From Haplodiscus bocki (lineage: Eukaryota): a stretch of DNA of 64,000 nt. Shown one piece after another: positions 38,330-52,400 of this stretch (positions are counted from its first letter, which is position 1; every line of letters begins with the position of its first letter). Both the position numbers and the translations under genes were made by a program. Below the pieces are notes generated by a model. It was given only the letters and a program-made list of their open reading frames with translations. It was not told where the DNA came from and made no database searches. The stretch spans positions 38,378,001-38,442,000 of the forward strand of contig OZ296651.1 in assembly GCA_965655095.1 (NCBI GenBank), in the 5' to 3' direction.

Positions 38330-39050
38330 GGTTGGTGCTTCAGGGTAACTCCTGATCGTTACTGGATCCAAGGTTTCCATCTTCAAACCTACATAATTTC
38401 TAAAATCCACTAAAGTCATAATCACGCTTGTGGATGCTTTCCACCACAAAAATTTACACTGTCACAGACTGCAGTAAAGTGTTTCTACCATTGGAAATAC
38501 TTGAAGAAAAGAAGGACAATCTGAGACATCTTCTACATCAATGATTTTTCTGCAAATGCGTAAAGTTTGGTTTTCATTCAATTAACGACTTCTCTTTTAA
38601 CTCTACAAATGGATTACTCCAAGACAATTCGCCACGGTTGCGCACCATGCCACATTTCATACGTTGCCACAATACTTCTGTCAACAAGTTCGATTTAACC
38701 ACCCCGGTTATTAGGAATGAACTTTTTTGGTACGTAGTGGGTACAAAGATTCCAAGATGTGCTCGAAGACATCAACTTCAGCCGACCAGTTTTATACAAG
38801 ACACTGAGTCGCAAGAATTTGACATGTGAGGGACCTCTTTGTGCACCTTGAGGAACAAGTCCTGAAAAATTCAAAAATGCACACCAAAACTTGAACTCCA
38901 TGTTAAGAGCGGGTATTTGATTGCCCATTTCCCAGGACTAATCATTACAGTCAGATATGGTTCCTGAGTAAGAAGCTAAACATTGGCCTCCATGTGGTGT
39001 TTGTAGAGGGTATGAGGCAGCTACAAAACCATGTCTCTATCATCTTTCTC
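38330..39050 (+). pseudogene. Possible very old RT remnant
   Basis: Only weak motifs (KIYTVTDCSKVF; ELFWYVVG). Confidence 0.25.
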
Positions 39051-39539
39051 AAATGTGGGACTTCAACGCTTATGGTAAAAAGATCTTCAATGAATTCAAT
39101 CGTTATTAGGTCCAACATTTGACTCTTGTACTAGAACATCGAGAAAACTGCAGTCTACAACTTTTGCTGGGAATGTTATTTCCAAAATTCCACTCGTACT
39201 CCGGAAAGCCTTTCAGACTTTCCAACGATTCATGTACAGTCTGTCAATGCTTGGACTCTGTCTTTGCATTTGTTGATGTTGCTCTTACTGCCTCTCAAGG
39301 TTAAAAACTTTTCAAAAAAGTTTCCAGGTAGCTCTGCAATGTTTGCATAAACATGGTTTACGTTGCTCACTTAAAAGAATGCTTTTGGTTGAAACTTAAA
39401 TACAATTAGTACGATTCTAAGTCAAATCTGAACATTTTAGAGCAAAAGCAGAGAACGTAGAAATTTTAAAAGTACTAGGATTAGTAAATTCCAATAAATT
39501 GAGATGTTCATTTAGCATGAACTCTTTCAACCGACAGCA

Positions 39540-39960
39540 ATTACCTTGTTATCCCGAAATTATCAAACATTGACAGTATTTACTAAACAAATGTCAATCC
39601 TACCGAAAAACGCCCATCAGAACTGAAACGCTGCTAAAAGGGGAAGAAATTGCAGGAAAATATTGCTCACTTTGTGGACAAAACTAGCTGACTGTGTACT
39701 GCTGTATCTCTTTTCAACTCAAGGTACTTTAACATTAACTAGCATTAACGACAGATGCTTCCTGTAAAGCAATCCGTACTCTGTTACAGACAAACAGAAC
39801 AGACTGGTGCTTTGTCCCGTGGCTTTCTTTCTCTGCGAACTCTACCTAGTTGAATGAAAATATACCGTTCCTGAGAAGAAGCCTATTCCAATAGTTTCAG
39901 CTACAAGCATATTCAGAGGAGTGATTGGAACATGACCTTCCGGTTTTTTTCATCGATCAA
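39540..39960 (+). pseudogene. Highly decayed Ty3/Gypsy RNase H remnant
   Basis: LALTTDASCKAIRTLLQ at 39739, then PVAFFLCEL..E*KYTVPEKK..IV. This fits TDAS..AIGAVL.Q / PVAFFSR.L..E..YS..EKE. Confidence 0.65.
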
Positions 39961-40739
39961 AAACCCATCGCGGCATCCCTCAGGAAAATGACCGAGAACT
40001 CGGCAATCCGTCTAGCTTTCTATCCGAATTTTCGGATGATATCCTTGAAATAGCAGGAGTTGCCAACATGGTTGCCGGCCCACCTTTACACCGGAGAACA
40101 GCAACACCATATCGTACCATCAGTGAGTTGTGATCTTTTTAACCTCCGCTTTACCGAGTCGCAATGAAAGAGGCCACAGGGAAGAAAGAGGTTTACATCT
40201 CAGGTTTCCGACAAAACGCTGCTAAAACATGATCACACATTCTTTTACGATGCCATGATAAATTAACGACTAATCTTTCAAGAAATACACATTAACTAGA
40301 TGTTCCACAGCTTCCATGGAAAGTGACACGGAAACCCTACTCTCAACAAATTTCAAGCTGTTTAACTTCCGTAAAGATGTAAAGCATTGAAGCGCTGAAT
40401 GCCAGGATTGACAAAGAAGTAATTGAAGTCCTTTGTCGTAAGAAATCTTTTGGTACCATTGCCGACTGGCGTTCAAGATTTGAGCACTTGCAGATTTTTA
40501 TAGCTTGTGCCCTACCAATGCCGCCAGATTCATTCAACTGTTACCACTTCCTTTTCTTTACTTACCAGCAAATTGAAAATCACCAATCCAAAAGATGTCC
40601 ACCACCGCGGATATCTTTGCTGAACAGAAAAAGAAGAAATTTTATTTGTGCCGTAAGTATGTATCAAGCAGAAAATACAATCTTTGTAGTATAGCATAAA
40701 AAAAACAAAAAAACATTTGACGATGCCATTTCAAAGTAT

Positions 40740-42095
40740 AATTTCACTCAGCAAAGTTTATTTACTTGAAAAAATCAGTGATATTGGCATTGCTTAAAAC
40801 GAAGTTGTTTATCAAACAATGGAACGATGTATTCTTAGCGCTTCTATCAGTAGTTACAAAATCACCTGAACATGCACCCTTTGCCTCAAAATTTTTAATC
40901 ATTTTATTGGCTCAATGTTCAACAGAAAACTTTTTGACCTGTTTTTTGAAAGATTTTTGTCTGAGAAAAGATAATGAAGTTGACCGCGATTTTTGAGTTG
41001 TTGAATAGGTGAATGAACTAAAGTTTTCCTAAAAAACCCAATTAGGGCTGAGACATAGAGCTGATGAACAGCTTGAAGAATTGAACGCTCAAACAATCCA
41101 CTAGAATGAGTGAAAAAGGGTTTTCCAACAATAAAACGGAAAATTTTTTTTGAAGCAGAAAAATAATATGGAGATTCTTGCTATTTGCACTGCCGTATTC
41201 GATGGGTGCATAAGATATAATTGGTTCAATATAGGTTTTGTAGTAGAGGAGACAGTTTTCGAGGTTCAAATGTTGTCTGGTAAATTTTAGCAAACCAAGC
41301 AACTTCGAAAGTTTCTTCACTACTAAATCTACATGTTTTTTAAAATTCAGCTGGGAGTCTAATTTTTTTCCCAGGTATTTCACGTCATCGACACTCTCAA
41401 AAGGATGGCTATCAAAAAAGATGCTTCTTGTTTCCGATTTTTTCTTTCCAAATTCGATGAATACTGCTTTTTTTCCATATTAAGTCTAAGCCTGTTACAA
41501 TTCAGCCATTGATGAATGCATTCAAGGTTTTCAGTCAATTTTGTAATGGAATCTTTCTCATCAATGACCATAATAGTAGTATCATCAACGTAAAGAGTAA
41601 TTTCAGATTTTTTACTTTTTTCTGGCAGACAATCAGGAAGGTCGTCTATCTAAAGAAGGAAAACAGTGGCCCGAGAATCGACCCCTGAGTTACCCCGACA
41701 AAAATGTTACTTCTCAATGATTCTGTGGAGCCAACTTGAACATACTGGGATCTGTCAGTCAAATAACTCTCTAAAAATGACCACCCTACGCCTCTGATTC
41801 CATAATTTTCTATTTTTTTCAAAAGATTTTTATGATTGACGGTATCAAACGCTTTACTCAAATCCAGAAAAGCACACGCTACAAGCATGCAATTATTGAG
41901 ATGGTTTCTTATATTCTCGATTGGAGAGATCAGAGCGTCTATTGTTGATAATTTCTTTCGAAATCCAAACTGTCTCGGAATTATCTGTTTTGTTGTTTCC
42001 AGGACGTTTTCGAGCTTAGTTTACATTATTCTCTCTACAATTTTGCTGACTGATGGTAGAACAGAAATGGGACGATAATTACTGGGATTAGTAAA
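40740..42095 (-). mobile_element. 5'-truncated non-LTR retrotransposon (CR1/L2-like LINE), RT pseudogene
   Basis: Minus-strand motifs NYRPISVLPSVSKIVE, FLDLSKAFDTVNH, GVTQGSILGPLF, LYVDDT and KYLG..LDSQLNF, with frameshifts. Confidence 0.9.
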
Positions 42096-42499
42096 CAGCT
42101 CTATTCCACATGGTTTTCACGCTACAGTGTACCTTTTACTTAACGGCAGAGTAGACGTTACAAAGTGAAGATATTTGTATACTGACGTATCTTATGTGCT
42201 GCTATTTTGGCGGTTGCTCATAACCAAATATCACCTTCTAGGAACGACAAGATTGAACGTCATCGTCGAATGCTGAGGGGCATCTCCATAGACTTGGACC
42301 AAGACACTACCCGTGGTTCTATCTAACGATAACTTTTTACTGAACTACTGGTTCTGATGCGTTTTTTCCCACATAACTTCGCAAAAGGTCTCAGAAGTCT
42401 ACCAAAGTGAGCATTTTAAAACTAACTAAAAACTTCTGGTTGTTAGGATCCTACCCTCCTACATGTACTTCGCACAGCACGCCAAACACGTTGATTCCG

Positions 42500-43700
42500 G
42501 AGAATTCGAAAGCGTGTATTCATGTTTGGTTACGAAGAGATTCAACAAGAGGACGTTTAGAGCATGGATTTTAGGAGTAAGCATTTAGGAGTGTCCCACC
42601 GATTACTTACCCAGCGATGAGTCATGTTTCAAACCTGAAACCTACACTCCGTCTCAGAGCACGGGGACCTATACGGCGTCCCCGTTGTCAATAAAGTCAT
42701 TGCTTGACCTGCACCAGAGAAAATTAAGAACGTCTTCAAAATCGTTCAGGAGAAAATTTTCATCCTGACGCAGCTTATTGAATCAATATTCACGTGCAAA
42801 AGCGACATAGCCAGATGATTACTCACTCGACTGATCGTTGAAATTCTCCATATGCGCTGTTTTCCATCCTCCAAAGTCAACTCTTGGCGATGCAAATTCG
42901 TTCTTGTGCTAAGACGATAGACGATCACTCAATCCAAAACGCAAAAAAACATAACGAAGCTGCAAGTTTGCAGCTATACAGAACATGCCAATTGCAGCCT
43001 GGTGGAATTTATCGCAACATGACCAACTTGAACATTTTCTCTATAAAGCAGTTAGACAACTTGATCGCTGTACCTTTACCAGTGGGCCTCTTTGTAACGG
43101 CCCATGTCAAAAATCCTACAAAAGAAGAAACGTTCAGCATGGATATCGCCTAGCCCATAGCCTCTACAGATCAATTGATAAAAGTGTTGGTGTTGTCGTA
43201 AAAGTGTACAGATTCAAGGTATGAAAGTGAAACTGGACCCTTTGGCGTACGGAGGAAAAGACCAAAGTGAAATCATTTTCCGAAAATTAGGTGGTAAGAA
43301 GACAAACGTGCGTCGAAAGAAAAATTACAGCCAAAAAAAATGCTTTCCTCAAAGCTGAGACGAAGCGAAACCACCGTCAATTGACCAGAACAAGAGTTTA
43401 GTCCCCCTGCATAACCTGTGCAGTCTCAAAGTTTCTCGAGCCAAAACTTCTCGAACATACCGTTGAGATGGGCAGACATACTACAGATATGACCCCTCAA
43501 ATCGAACATGAGGAATTGCTTATTGAAAGGTTGACATTAGTGTAAGAGTTACTAGCGGGTGCGAGTAGGCAAAATGATAATGTTCAACCAAATGGATTTA
43601 GCAATTTCCGCTGTCAACAATATCCGTATAGCAGTGGGACTCTTTTTGGGTGTGATATTAACCGCATAACAGAGAGTGAAAAGAACGAATATTGTAATAA
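42500..43700 (+). pseudogene. Decayed Gypsy RNase H-end / integrase remnant
   Basis: AWW.. segment and TFSMDIA*PI..T....VLV at ~43130, resembling the start of an integrase core. Heavily disrupted. Confidence 0.35.
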
Positions 43701-46419
43701 GGTAGCTGATACAGCAAGTTCACTAACACTGGAAAAACAACTACAGGAAAAAAACTTAGAACCTTAGCCGCCAACCATTCCACTTGAACTGTTACTGGAG
43801 TTTTTTCGTTGAAACTCGTGTCGGGAACCGCCGCCAGACGGAGGGTAATAGTTGTTTGTCAGGTCTAGGCATAGCTGGTTTCAAAAACAGTGGTGTACAA
43901 CAAAACGAAAAACAACGGATACTGTTTTAGTGCAGATGAATTGCTGCAACTAAGTAAAGGGTTTCTTGGAGAGAATAATGATTTTTATCATTTTCTTCCG
44001 TAACTATAAGAAGTTTTTATCATCTCTGAAGAAGTTTTTCAGCTGTGTGATATCAGCAAAATGGATTTTTTCAAATCAATAAGGTCTGTGAAACGACATT
44101 TTGAGCCAGGCTTCTGCAATAGAATTTTGACTTGTTTTAGGGTAATTGTTCTCTAGAAAAGAGGCCTAATTTCGGTGCTGCATTTCGGCAGACACAATAC
44201 GTAGTCGGCTGTCGGTTGGATGTACCGAGATCAACTCTCATGAAAGCTTTAATGTTTTCAATGAAAACCTAAGCTAAGCTATTTTTCAATGAGAACCTAA
44301 GGCAAGTTATTTTGCCACAAATTGCATGAAGGTAAAAAGTCAAGCATGTTTGTTTTTACCTTCTCCCGATTAGAGAAAGATTTTGTCTCACAAAAAAACA
44401 ACCGAATGTGTCTTCAATTGCTAGGTTTTAAAAAGAAGATTCAACTGACGAAAACCAAAAAGCAAAATGAACCAGCCAGAGCAGTTATATGTTGCCTTCC
44501 ACCAAATACGTGGTAGCAGAATCCCAAATACGTTTCACAGCACTTGTTTGGAATTAGCACTTACGAATTTGAAGGCCTCTCTTTTACGAAGAATTGACAA
44601 GCTCAGCAAGATGATGACTAGCCTGCAAAACCAACCAATACTATAAACCGCTGCACCAATTAATGGCAGAAAAAAATGAATTCATATTAACCACCAACGA
44701 GCGACTAAAAAAGTGGAAAACCATCTAGAGTTAACGAAGACAACCGTTCAATGATCGCACGAACATTTAGCGAACGAAGGACAACTGCAACTCCCCAACA
44801 CATCGAAGACCAACTGGACGCTTTTCTGAGCAAGCAGCACCTCTGCAGGATGAGCCCGCACTACAGCTTCTAAAAACTACTCCCGGAGCGACTTTTCTCA
44901 TGCAAAATCTCAAGAAATTGCACCAGAAGTCTTCCGCGAGAAATTGCATTAAGACGCAGATGCAAACTTGTCATGTTACTCACTTTCTCCCGACTTGCAC
45001 GAGGACATGATGAGGTTATGTTTTTCAACTATACAACCAATTGTATTATGTATTTCTGAGCATACAAAGGCTTATTTACACAGCAAAAGCTAAATTGCGA
45101 AAACAATCAGCTTAGAAAGTGACAGTTTGCGACGGGGGTTCAAAAGTGCAACAAAAGGCATACTTAGGACAGAAGCTCTGTGGGAGTCAAAACTTGTTTT
45201 TTTTTCATGTATCTTTATATCTCGTAAATTTGCGAGTCTTCAATAATTGTATGTTAATTATCTTTACCCGCAGAAATCTACGATACACGGAAAGACATGC
45301 CCTAGCTTACAGTACAAAACAATGACCGAAAGCTGCACCGTAGAAAAACAGGACAACGCAACATCTCATGATTCAGCTGATCTCAATTCTTTGACGTGAG
45401 GGCAGGTAGAAAAACATATATGCCCTATAACCCTATAATTAAACAATGCTGCGTTATATGCATTGATGAGCTTGAAAAGGCATTTTTACTTCCTGAAGGT
45501 TGAATTGCGGAACAATCAGCTGTGAAAATGAAATATTGCGAAGTGAACTCAAAACTGCATGAAAAATGTATTTGGGACACTGAAAGTTACAGGCAACAGT
45601 TACCTCTGACCACAACACCATGGGAAATTACAGTTGCCCTCTACAGTTGCCGGAAGTATTAAAATACTATTGACGCAATATTTAGCTGGGATATACCTTC
45701 ATCGGGAAACAATTCTATCACGTTCTTGCCGTTTATCGCAACCTGTGTGTGAGAAGTTGCAGACGTGCTGGGATATTATTCAAAGAAAGGATGTAGAACT
45801 GATGGATCGAACGTACAACGATTGGATTCCACAAAATTTTTGATTAAATGGAAAGTTGTCGATTGAGACATTTTTTGCTAGGAGTTAAGTCTTTATTCAC
45901 ACGTTTGACTCTTCAAATTGTAATTTTTGATAGTTAAATCGAGCTTCAGATTTCTACATTTATGCAAAGAATGGTAGAGCGCGGAAGAGCGTTAGAAAGG
46001 TTTTCGATGAAAATTCGACTAAATAACCAAAACAGCTTCGCTTTTCTGCATTTTCGGCCAATGGTAAAAGTATTATTGGTAATGCAAAAAATAACGAATA
46101 TCAACTCAAAGATTTTTCGTAGGACAAAAAACTGCCAATTTTAAACCTTATAGAGAAAGTCAACCCACTAGCTATGCAGAGTTGAGAACTTAAAAGTGGG
46201 ATCTGTCGTGTTTTGTGATAGATTTTTATGGTCTTTTCCGTTTGTCAGGATTCCAACGCAAATATTAAGATTCAAAAGGTATCAAATTGATTAGTGCTTT
46301 TCTTGTACAGAAGTGTCGATTGATCAATTTATGCCAGATTTAAAGCTCAAAATTGTGGAAATTGAAGAGTTTTTAATCTTACATGTATTTGTTAATGACA
46401 TTCTTGGCATCTTCGAATG

Positions 46420-49400
46420 GTCACCAATGGAAAACACAAAAAATAAAGGTACCATTAGCTCAGCGCTGGCCTCGTGGCTATGTTTTCAAAAAGACAAGAA
46501 ACTCATTTTATCATCTTTCAAATGAAACTGAGGCGTTTCACGTATTGGATATGAACCAGAGCTTGCCGGAAGTCTTCAAAAAAGAACAATTTCAAGTTTT
46601 AGAGCGAGTAAACTTTTCAGAACAATTTCTGCTTCTAACTAAAGCAATGTGTAATATACCTTGGAGTGTTGTTTTGGTTCAGTGCGAAAACGGCCTATTT
46701 TCACTTGTTGAAGCGACCAATTTGCATCAAAAGGCGTTTTCATGAAAAAAAATTTTGATGCTTTTGACAGAGCATTTCGGAAGGATTGTCATGAACTCGA
46801 CAAGAGCCTATTGAGCAAAAGTCTTGGATTTAAAAACAAAACATTGTTAGGTTTTCTGAGCGAAAAAGTTGCCAGCTCAATTCAGAGAAGTTTCGACAGT
46901 TTCGCTGGAATTACTTTCTATGTAATCAAAAAAAATTTTGAGGAAGAACCTACTCAAAAAAAATTGTTTTCAATCTTTTTTGGAAATCTTTGCAAGAAAA
47001 CGTCAACGATCGACAGGATTGTCAAAATTGCGTTATGAGATTCAATTGGAGCTTTTTGAGGATCCTATTCTCTTTGAATTACGGTCAATATCCTTTTTGG
47101 ACTATACACAAGCAGTCTTCGGAAAGGTTATCCAGACTGCCTTTCTAGTGTCCAAAAGAAAGTTTCTGGCGGAAAAAAGTTTCAAAACCATCAAAAAGTT
47201 TGAAATTTTCCGGACATTGAGCAACAAATTCTATGTTTTTAGGAGAAACTTTTTCGGCAGGATTGACAAAACTGCAGTCTGGGTATCCAGAGGAACGTTT
47301 TAGTCAGGCAAAGTTGTTAACAAAAAGTTTGAAAAATTTTGGGACTTTGATTAAGTTTTTGCCAAATATGAGTTGCAAAAAATGAGTGATTGTATTTAAT
47401 CTGCAATCAACGTGTCCAGGGGATGATTGTAGGAGAAAAAACTGAAAGAATGGAAGATTTCAACATTTCAACCTACTTTCGGACTTTTACCCAATTTTTT
47501 TGGACCCTGCATGACAAATTTTTGGCTAGTTTTACCTAAAAAGCCTTTTACGAGTCAAGGGAACAACTTGGTGAACAAATATTGAAAGAAATGTTCTATT
47601 TTGTTGGACTTTGACATATAAAATTCAGAACTTTCGAAGAATTTTTTTCCGAACGTCTTTCAAAAGTGCACTCTACGTGTCCAGAGTAGCAGGTTAGGGA
47701 TGCCTTGAACGTTCGTTCATCTTTACGGACTTCGAGCGGAAGTTATTGGACCCTGAGTGACACAACCATAGTTGGTTTTGTCAAATGGAAATTTTTCGAA
47801 AAGAGTGTCGAAGCTAATTTTAGCGTATGCGGGAAAGCTTTGTGGGGTCGAAAAAGTGTAAAAAAAGAAAAACTTTCAATGCTAGTGGACTTTGACCTAA
47901 AATTTTTCTCCGAGGTTTTCAGAAAGGCAAGCTACATGTCCCTAGCAACTTTTTGGAGAAAAGTGTTTGCAAATTTTCATCTGATAATTGTTTTTTTCGG
48001 ATTTTAGCAAAAACAATTCGGACTTTGAGTAGCAAAGTTTCGTCATGGTGGACAAATTTGATTCCTTCTTGATTATACGATTGCTTTGCGGTCTGAAACC
48101 AAGTGACTCTGTTCACTCCGATTTGGTATGTCACCAAAGACGGAAACGCTGCATTTTGAGGGAATGATTTTCATGTTTCATGTGAAGGGAAAACGCAAAA
48201 AAACTAGGCACCAAGAGCGCAGCGCTGGCCTCGGGTGGTATTTAAAAAGACAAAAAACTCGTTCCATCACCTTTCAAATGGATCTGACGCATTTCACGGA
48301 TTGGATATGAACCAGAGCTTGCCGGAAGACTTCACAGAAGAAACTTTTCAAGTTTTCTACCAAGTAAACTTTTCAGAAAATTTTTGTCTCTAACTAAGGC
48401 ATTGTGTAAGATACCTTGGAGTGTTGTTTGGGTTCAGTGCAAAAACGGCCTACCTTCATTTGTTGACGCAATTAAATTGAATCGATAGGCGTTTACATAT
48501 AAAATAGTTTTATTGCTTCAGACCGGAACTTTCTGGAGGTTAGTACAAAACAGCACAACGAAACTCGACATTACTATCCAGAGGGAAGGTCTAAGATTTA
48601 AGAAGAAAACCATATGAGGTTTTCTGAGCAAAAAACTTGCCGACTCAATTCGTAAAGTTTTTCGACAAGGTTGTTAAAACTACAATCTACGTAATCAAAA
48701 AATTGATTTTAGGGAGAAACTTACTGAGAACATTCATTTGTTTTGATTTTTCTTCATATTTTCTAGAAGTACAAGGTCAACATTCAACAAAAATGTCAAG
48801 TTTGCGTTGTTTGATTGTATTGGAACCCTTTGAGGATCCTATTTTCTTTCGAGTTACGATCAGTATCAATTTTGGACTATACAGATGCCTTTTTTCGAAG
48901 GGTTGTCCTTACTGCCCTTCAAGTTTCCAAAAAAAACGTGAAACAATCAATAGCTTTGAACTTCTCCGGACATTAAGCTGGAACTTCTTGGGTTTTAGCT
49001 AAAAAGTTTTCTGCAGGACTGACAAAACTGCAGTCTGGGTATCCAGAGGAATGTTTTACGTAGAAAAAGTTAACAAAAAATGATCAATTTCTGGGATTTT
49101 GATTAATTTTGTTGCCTCCCGTGAGATGCAAAATGAGTGGTTCTTCAGGCTGTATTCAACGTGTCCAGGGGATGAATATAGGAGAAGAAACTGAAAGAAG
49201 GTAAGATTTCCCAATTTCAACTTTTTCTCGGACTTTTATCCAAGAATTTTTAGGCCCTGCATGATAAAATTTGGGCTTGTTTTAATAAAAAAACGTTCAA
49301 CGTATCCAGATACTCAAAATGGAAACAAATTAAATATATTTTTGATTTTTGACAAAAACATCTAGAACTTTCGACAGAAAATTTTCCGAAGGTCTTTCAA

Positions 49401-52400
49401 AACTGCATTCGACGTGTCCTTAGACACCTGTTAGGAATACTTTCAAAGTTTGGTTATCTTTATGGACTTCGCACGAGAGTACCACGAGCCTGAGTAACAA
49501 AATTATAGTTGGTTTTGTTAACTAAAAAATATCCGAGAAGCGTGTCAAAACTAAGTTATACGTATGCGGGGACAATTTGTAGTGTCGGAAAAATGTAAAC
49601 AAAGAATTTTTAATTCTCGCGGACGTTGAGCAAGAGTTTATCGGCAAGACTGTCAAACCTGCAACCTACGTGTCCCTAATTCCATTTGGAGAACTTTTTC
49701 TGGAAACCTTAACCTTTTAATTGATCTTTTTTGAATTTTAGCCAAAGCAATTCTGATTTTGAGTGACAAAGACTAGTCAAGGTAGTCAACCTTGATTTTT
49801 TTTTGAACATACGAACGATATGCGGTCTGAAAATGAGTGACCACGTTCAGTCCAGTTTGGCTTGTCACAAGAGACGTAAACGCTGCGTATTGAGGGATTG
49901 ATTTTTGTGTGAATAAAAAACGCACAAAAACTGGGCAACAGGAGCGCAGCGCTAATCTCGGGGCAGGTCTTTTTTGAAAAACAAGGAATTCGTTCTATCA
50001 CCTTTCAACACCTTTCAAATGAAACTGCTGCGTTTCTCGGTTTTGACATTAACCAGAGCTTGTTGCAAGTCATGGTAGTAGAATATTTTAACTTTTTTAA
50101 GCGAGTAAACTTTTCAGAAATTTTTTCTGCCTCTAATCAAGTTATTGTGTAAGACACCTTAAGGTCTTGTTCTGGTTTAGTGCAAAAATCGCCTAACTTT
50201 ACTTGTTGAACTGAATAATTTGTTTCAGACGGCGGTTTCATATAAATAATTTTAAATGCTTTTGACAGAAATTTTCCGGAGGATTTTCAAAACAGCACTC
50301 CGAAACTCGACAGGAGCATATTGAGGAAGAGTATTGGGTTTGAAAACAAAAAGATAGCAGGTTTTTCGAGCGATAAAGTTGCCAACTCGATTCAAAAAAC
50401 TTTCAACAGTTTTGCTGAAGCTGCATTCTAAGTAACTAAAAAATGTTTTTGGTAAAAAACACAGTGAAATCATTCCTTTGTTTTTAATCTTTCATTGAAT
50501 TTTTAGCAAGAATAGCTCGATACTCGACTGAGCTGTCAAAATTGCGTTACATGATTCTATTCGAGCTTTTGGACGATCCTATTTTCTTTGAATTACGGTC
50601 AGTATCTTTTTTGGAATATACACAAGTTTTTTTCGAAGGGTTGTCAGGACTGTCTTCCAAAATCCGAAAAAAAAATTGTACGGAAAATCTGAAAAAAATA
50701 TCCAAAACAAACACTAGTTTTGAACTTTTCAGGACATTGAGCACAAATCTCTTGGGTTTTAGGTAAAACTTTTTCTGCATGATTGACGAAACTGCAGTCT
50801 GCGTATCCAGAGGAAAGTTTTAGTTAGAAAAAGTAAACAAAAAAAGATCAATTTATTAGATTTTGATTAATTCTGTTGCCTACCGTGAGTTGCAAAATGA
50901 GTGGTTCTTCAGGATGCATTCAACGTGTCCAGGGGACGATTACAGGAGAAAAAGCTGAGAGAAGGTAAGATTTCGAAATTTCAATTTTTTTTCGGACTTT
51001 TAAACAAAACTTTTTGGACACTGCATGATAAAATTTGGGCTGGCTTTATTTAAAAGAACGTTTAACGTGTCCAGAAGTTCTAATTGGGGAACAAAATGGA
51101 AACAAATTTAAATATAATTTTGAGCTTTTGACAAAAATATCTAGAACCGTCGGCAGAATATTTTCCGAAGGTCTTCCAGAGACACCTGTTAGGAATACTT
51201 TCAAAGTTTGTTCATCTTTACGGCCTTCGCGCGAGAGTAACCGGACCTTGAGTAACAAATGTATAGTTGGATTTGTTATTTAAAAAACATCCGAGAAGCG
51301 TGTGAAAGCTAATTTTTACGTATGCGGGGACAATTTGTAGTGTCGGGAAAATGTGAACAAAGAGAATTTTTTTTCTTGCGGACGTTGAGCAACAGTTTAT
51401 CGGCAAGATCGTCAAACTTGCAACTTTTGTGTCCCTAATTCCATTTGGAGAGCGTTTTCTGCAAACCTTAATCTGTTAATTGTTCTTTTTTGACTTTTAG
51501 ACAAAGCAATTCTGATTTTGAGTGACAAAGATTCTTCAAGGTAGTCAATCTTGATTTCTTTTTGATCATACGAATGATATGTTGTCTGAAAATAGGTGAC
51601 CACGTTCAGTCCAGTTTGGCTTGTCACAACAGACAAAAACGCTGCATATTCAGGGATTGATTTTCTTGTCCTTGGAAAATGCAAGAAAAACTAGGCACCA
51701 AGAGCGCAGCGCTGTCCTCGGGGCAAGGTTTTTAAAAAGACAAAAAGCTCATTCTATCACCTTTCAAATGAAACTGACGCATTTCACGGATTGGATATGA
51801 ACCAGAGCTTGCCGGAAGACTTCAAAGAAGAATATTTTTAAGTTTTCTACTGAGTGAACTTTGCAGAACATTTTTTGTCTCCAACTAAGGCATTGTGTAA
51901 GATACCTTGGAGTGTTGTCTTGGTTCAGTGCAAAAACGGCCTGCTTTCGTTTGTTGAAGCTATTATTTTGAATTGAAAGGTGTTTACATACAAATTAATT
52001 TTACTGCTTCAGACAGAAACTTTCGGGAGGTTAGGAAAAAACAGCACAACGAAACTCAACCTTACTATTCTGAGAAAAGGTCTAAGATATAAAAACAAAA
52101 CCATATCAGATTTTCAGGGCAGGATAATTGCCGACTCAATTCGTAAAGTTTTTCGACAGTGTTGTTGAAACTGCAGTCTAGGTAATCAAAAAAAATGTTT
52201 TAGGGAGAAACTTAGTGAAAACATTCATTTCTTTTGACTTTTCTTCAGATTTGTTAGAACGACAAGGTCAACATTCGGCAAAATTGCCGAATTTGCGTTG
52301 TATGATTCTATTGGAACTTTTTGAGAATCCTGTTTTTTTTGAGTTACGATCCGTATCTGTTTTGGACTAAACAGATGCCTTTTTTTGAAGGGTTTTCATG

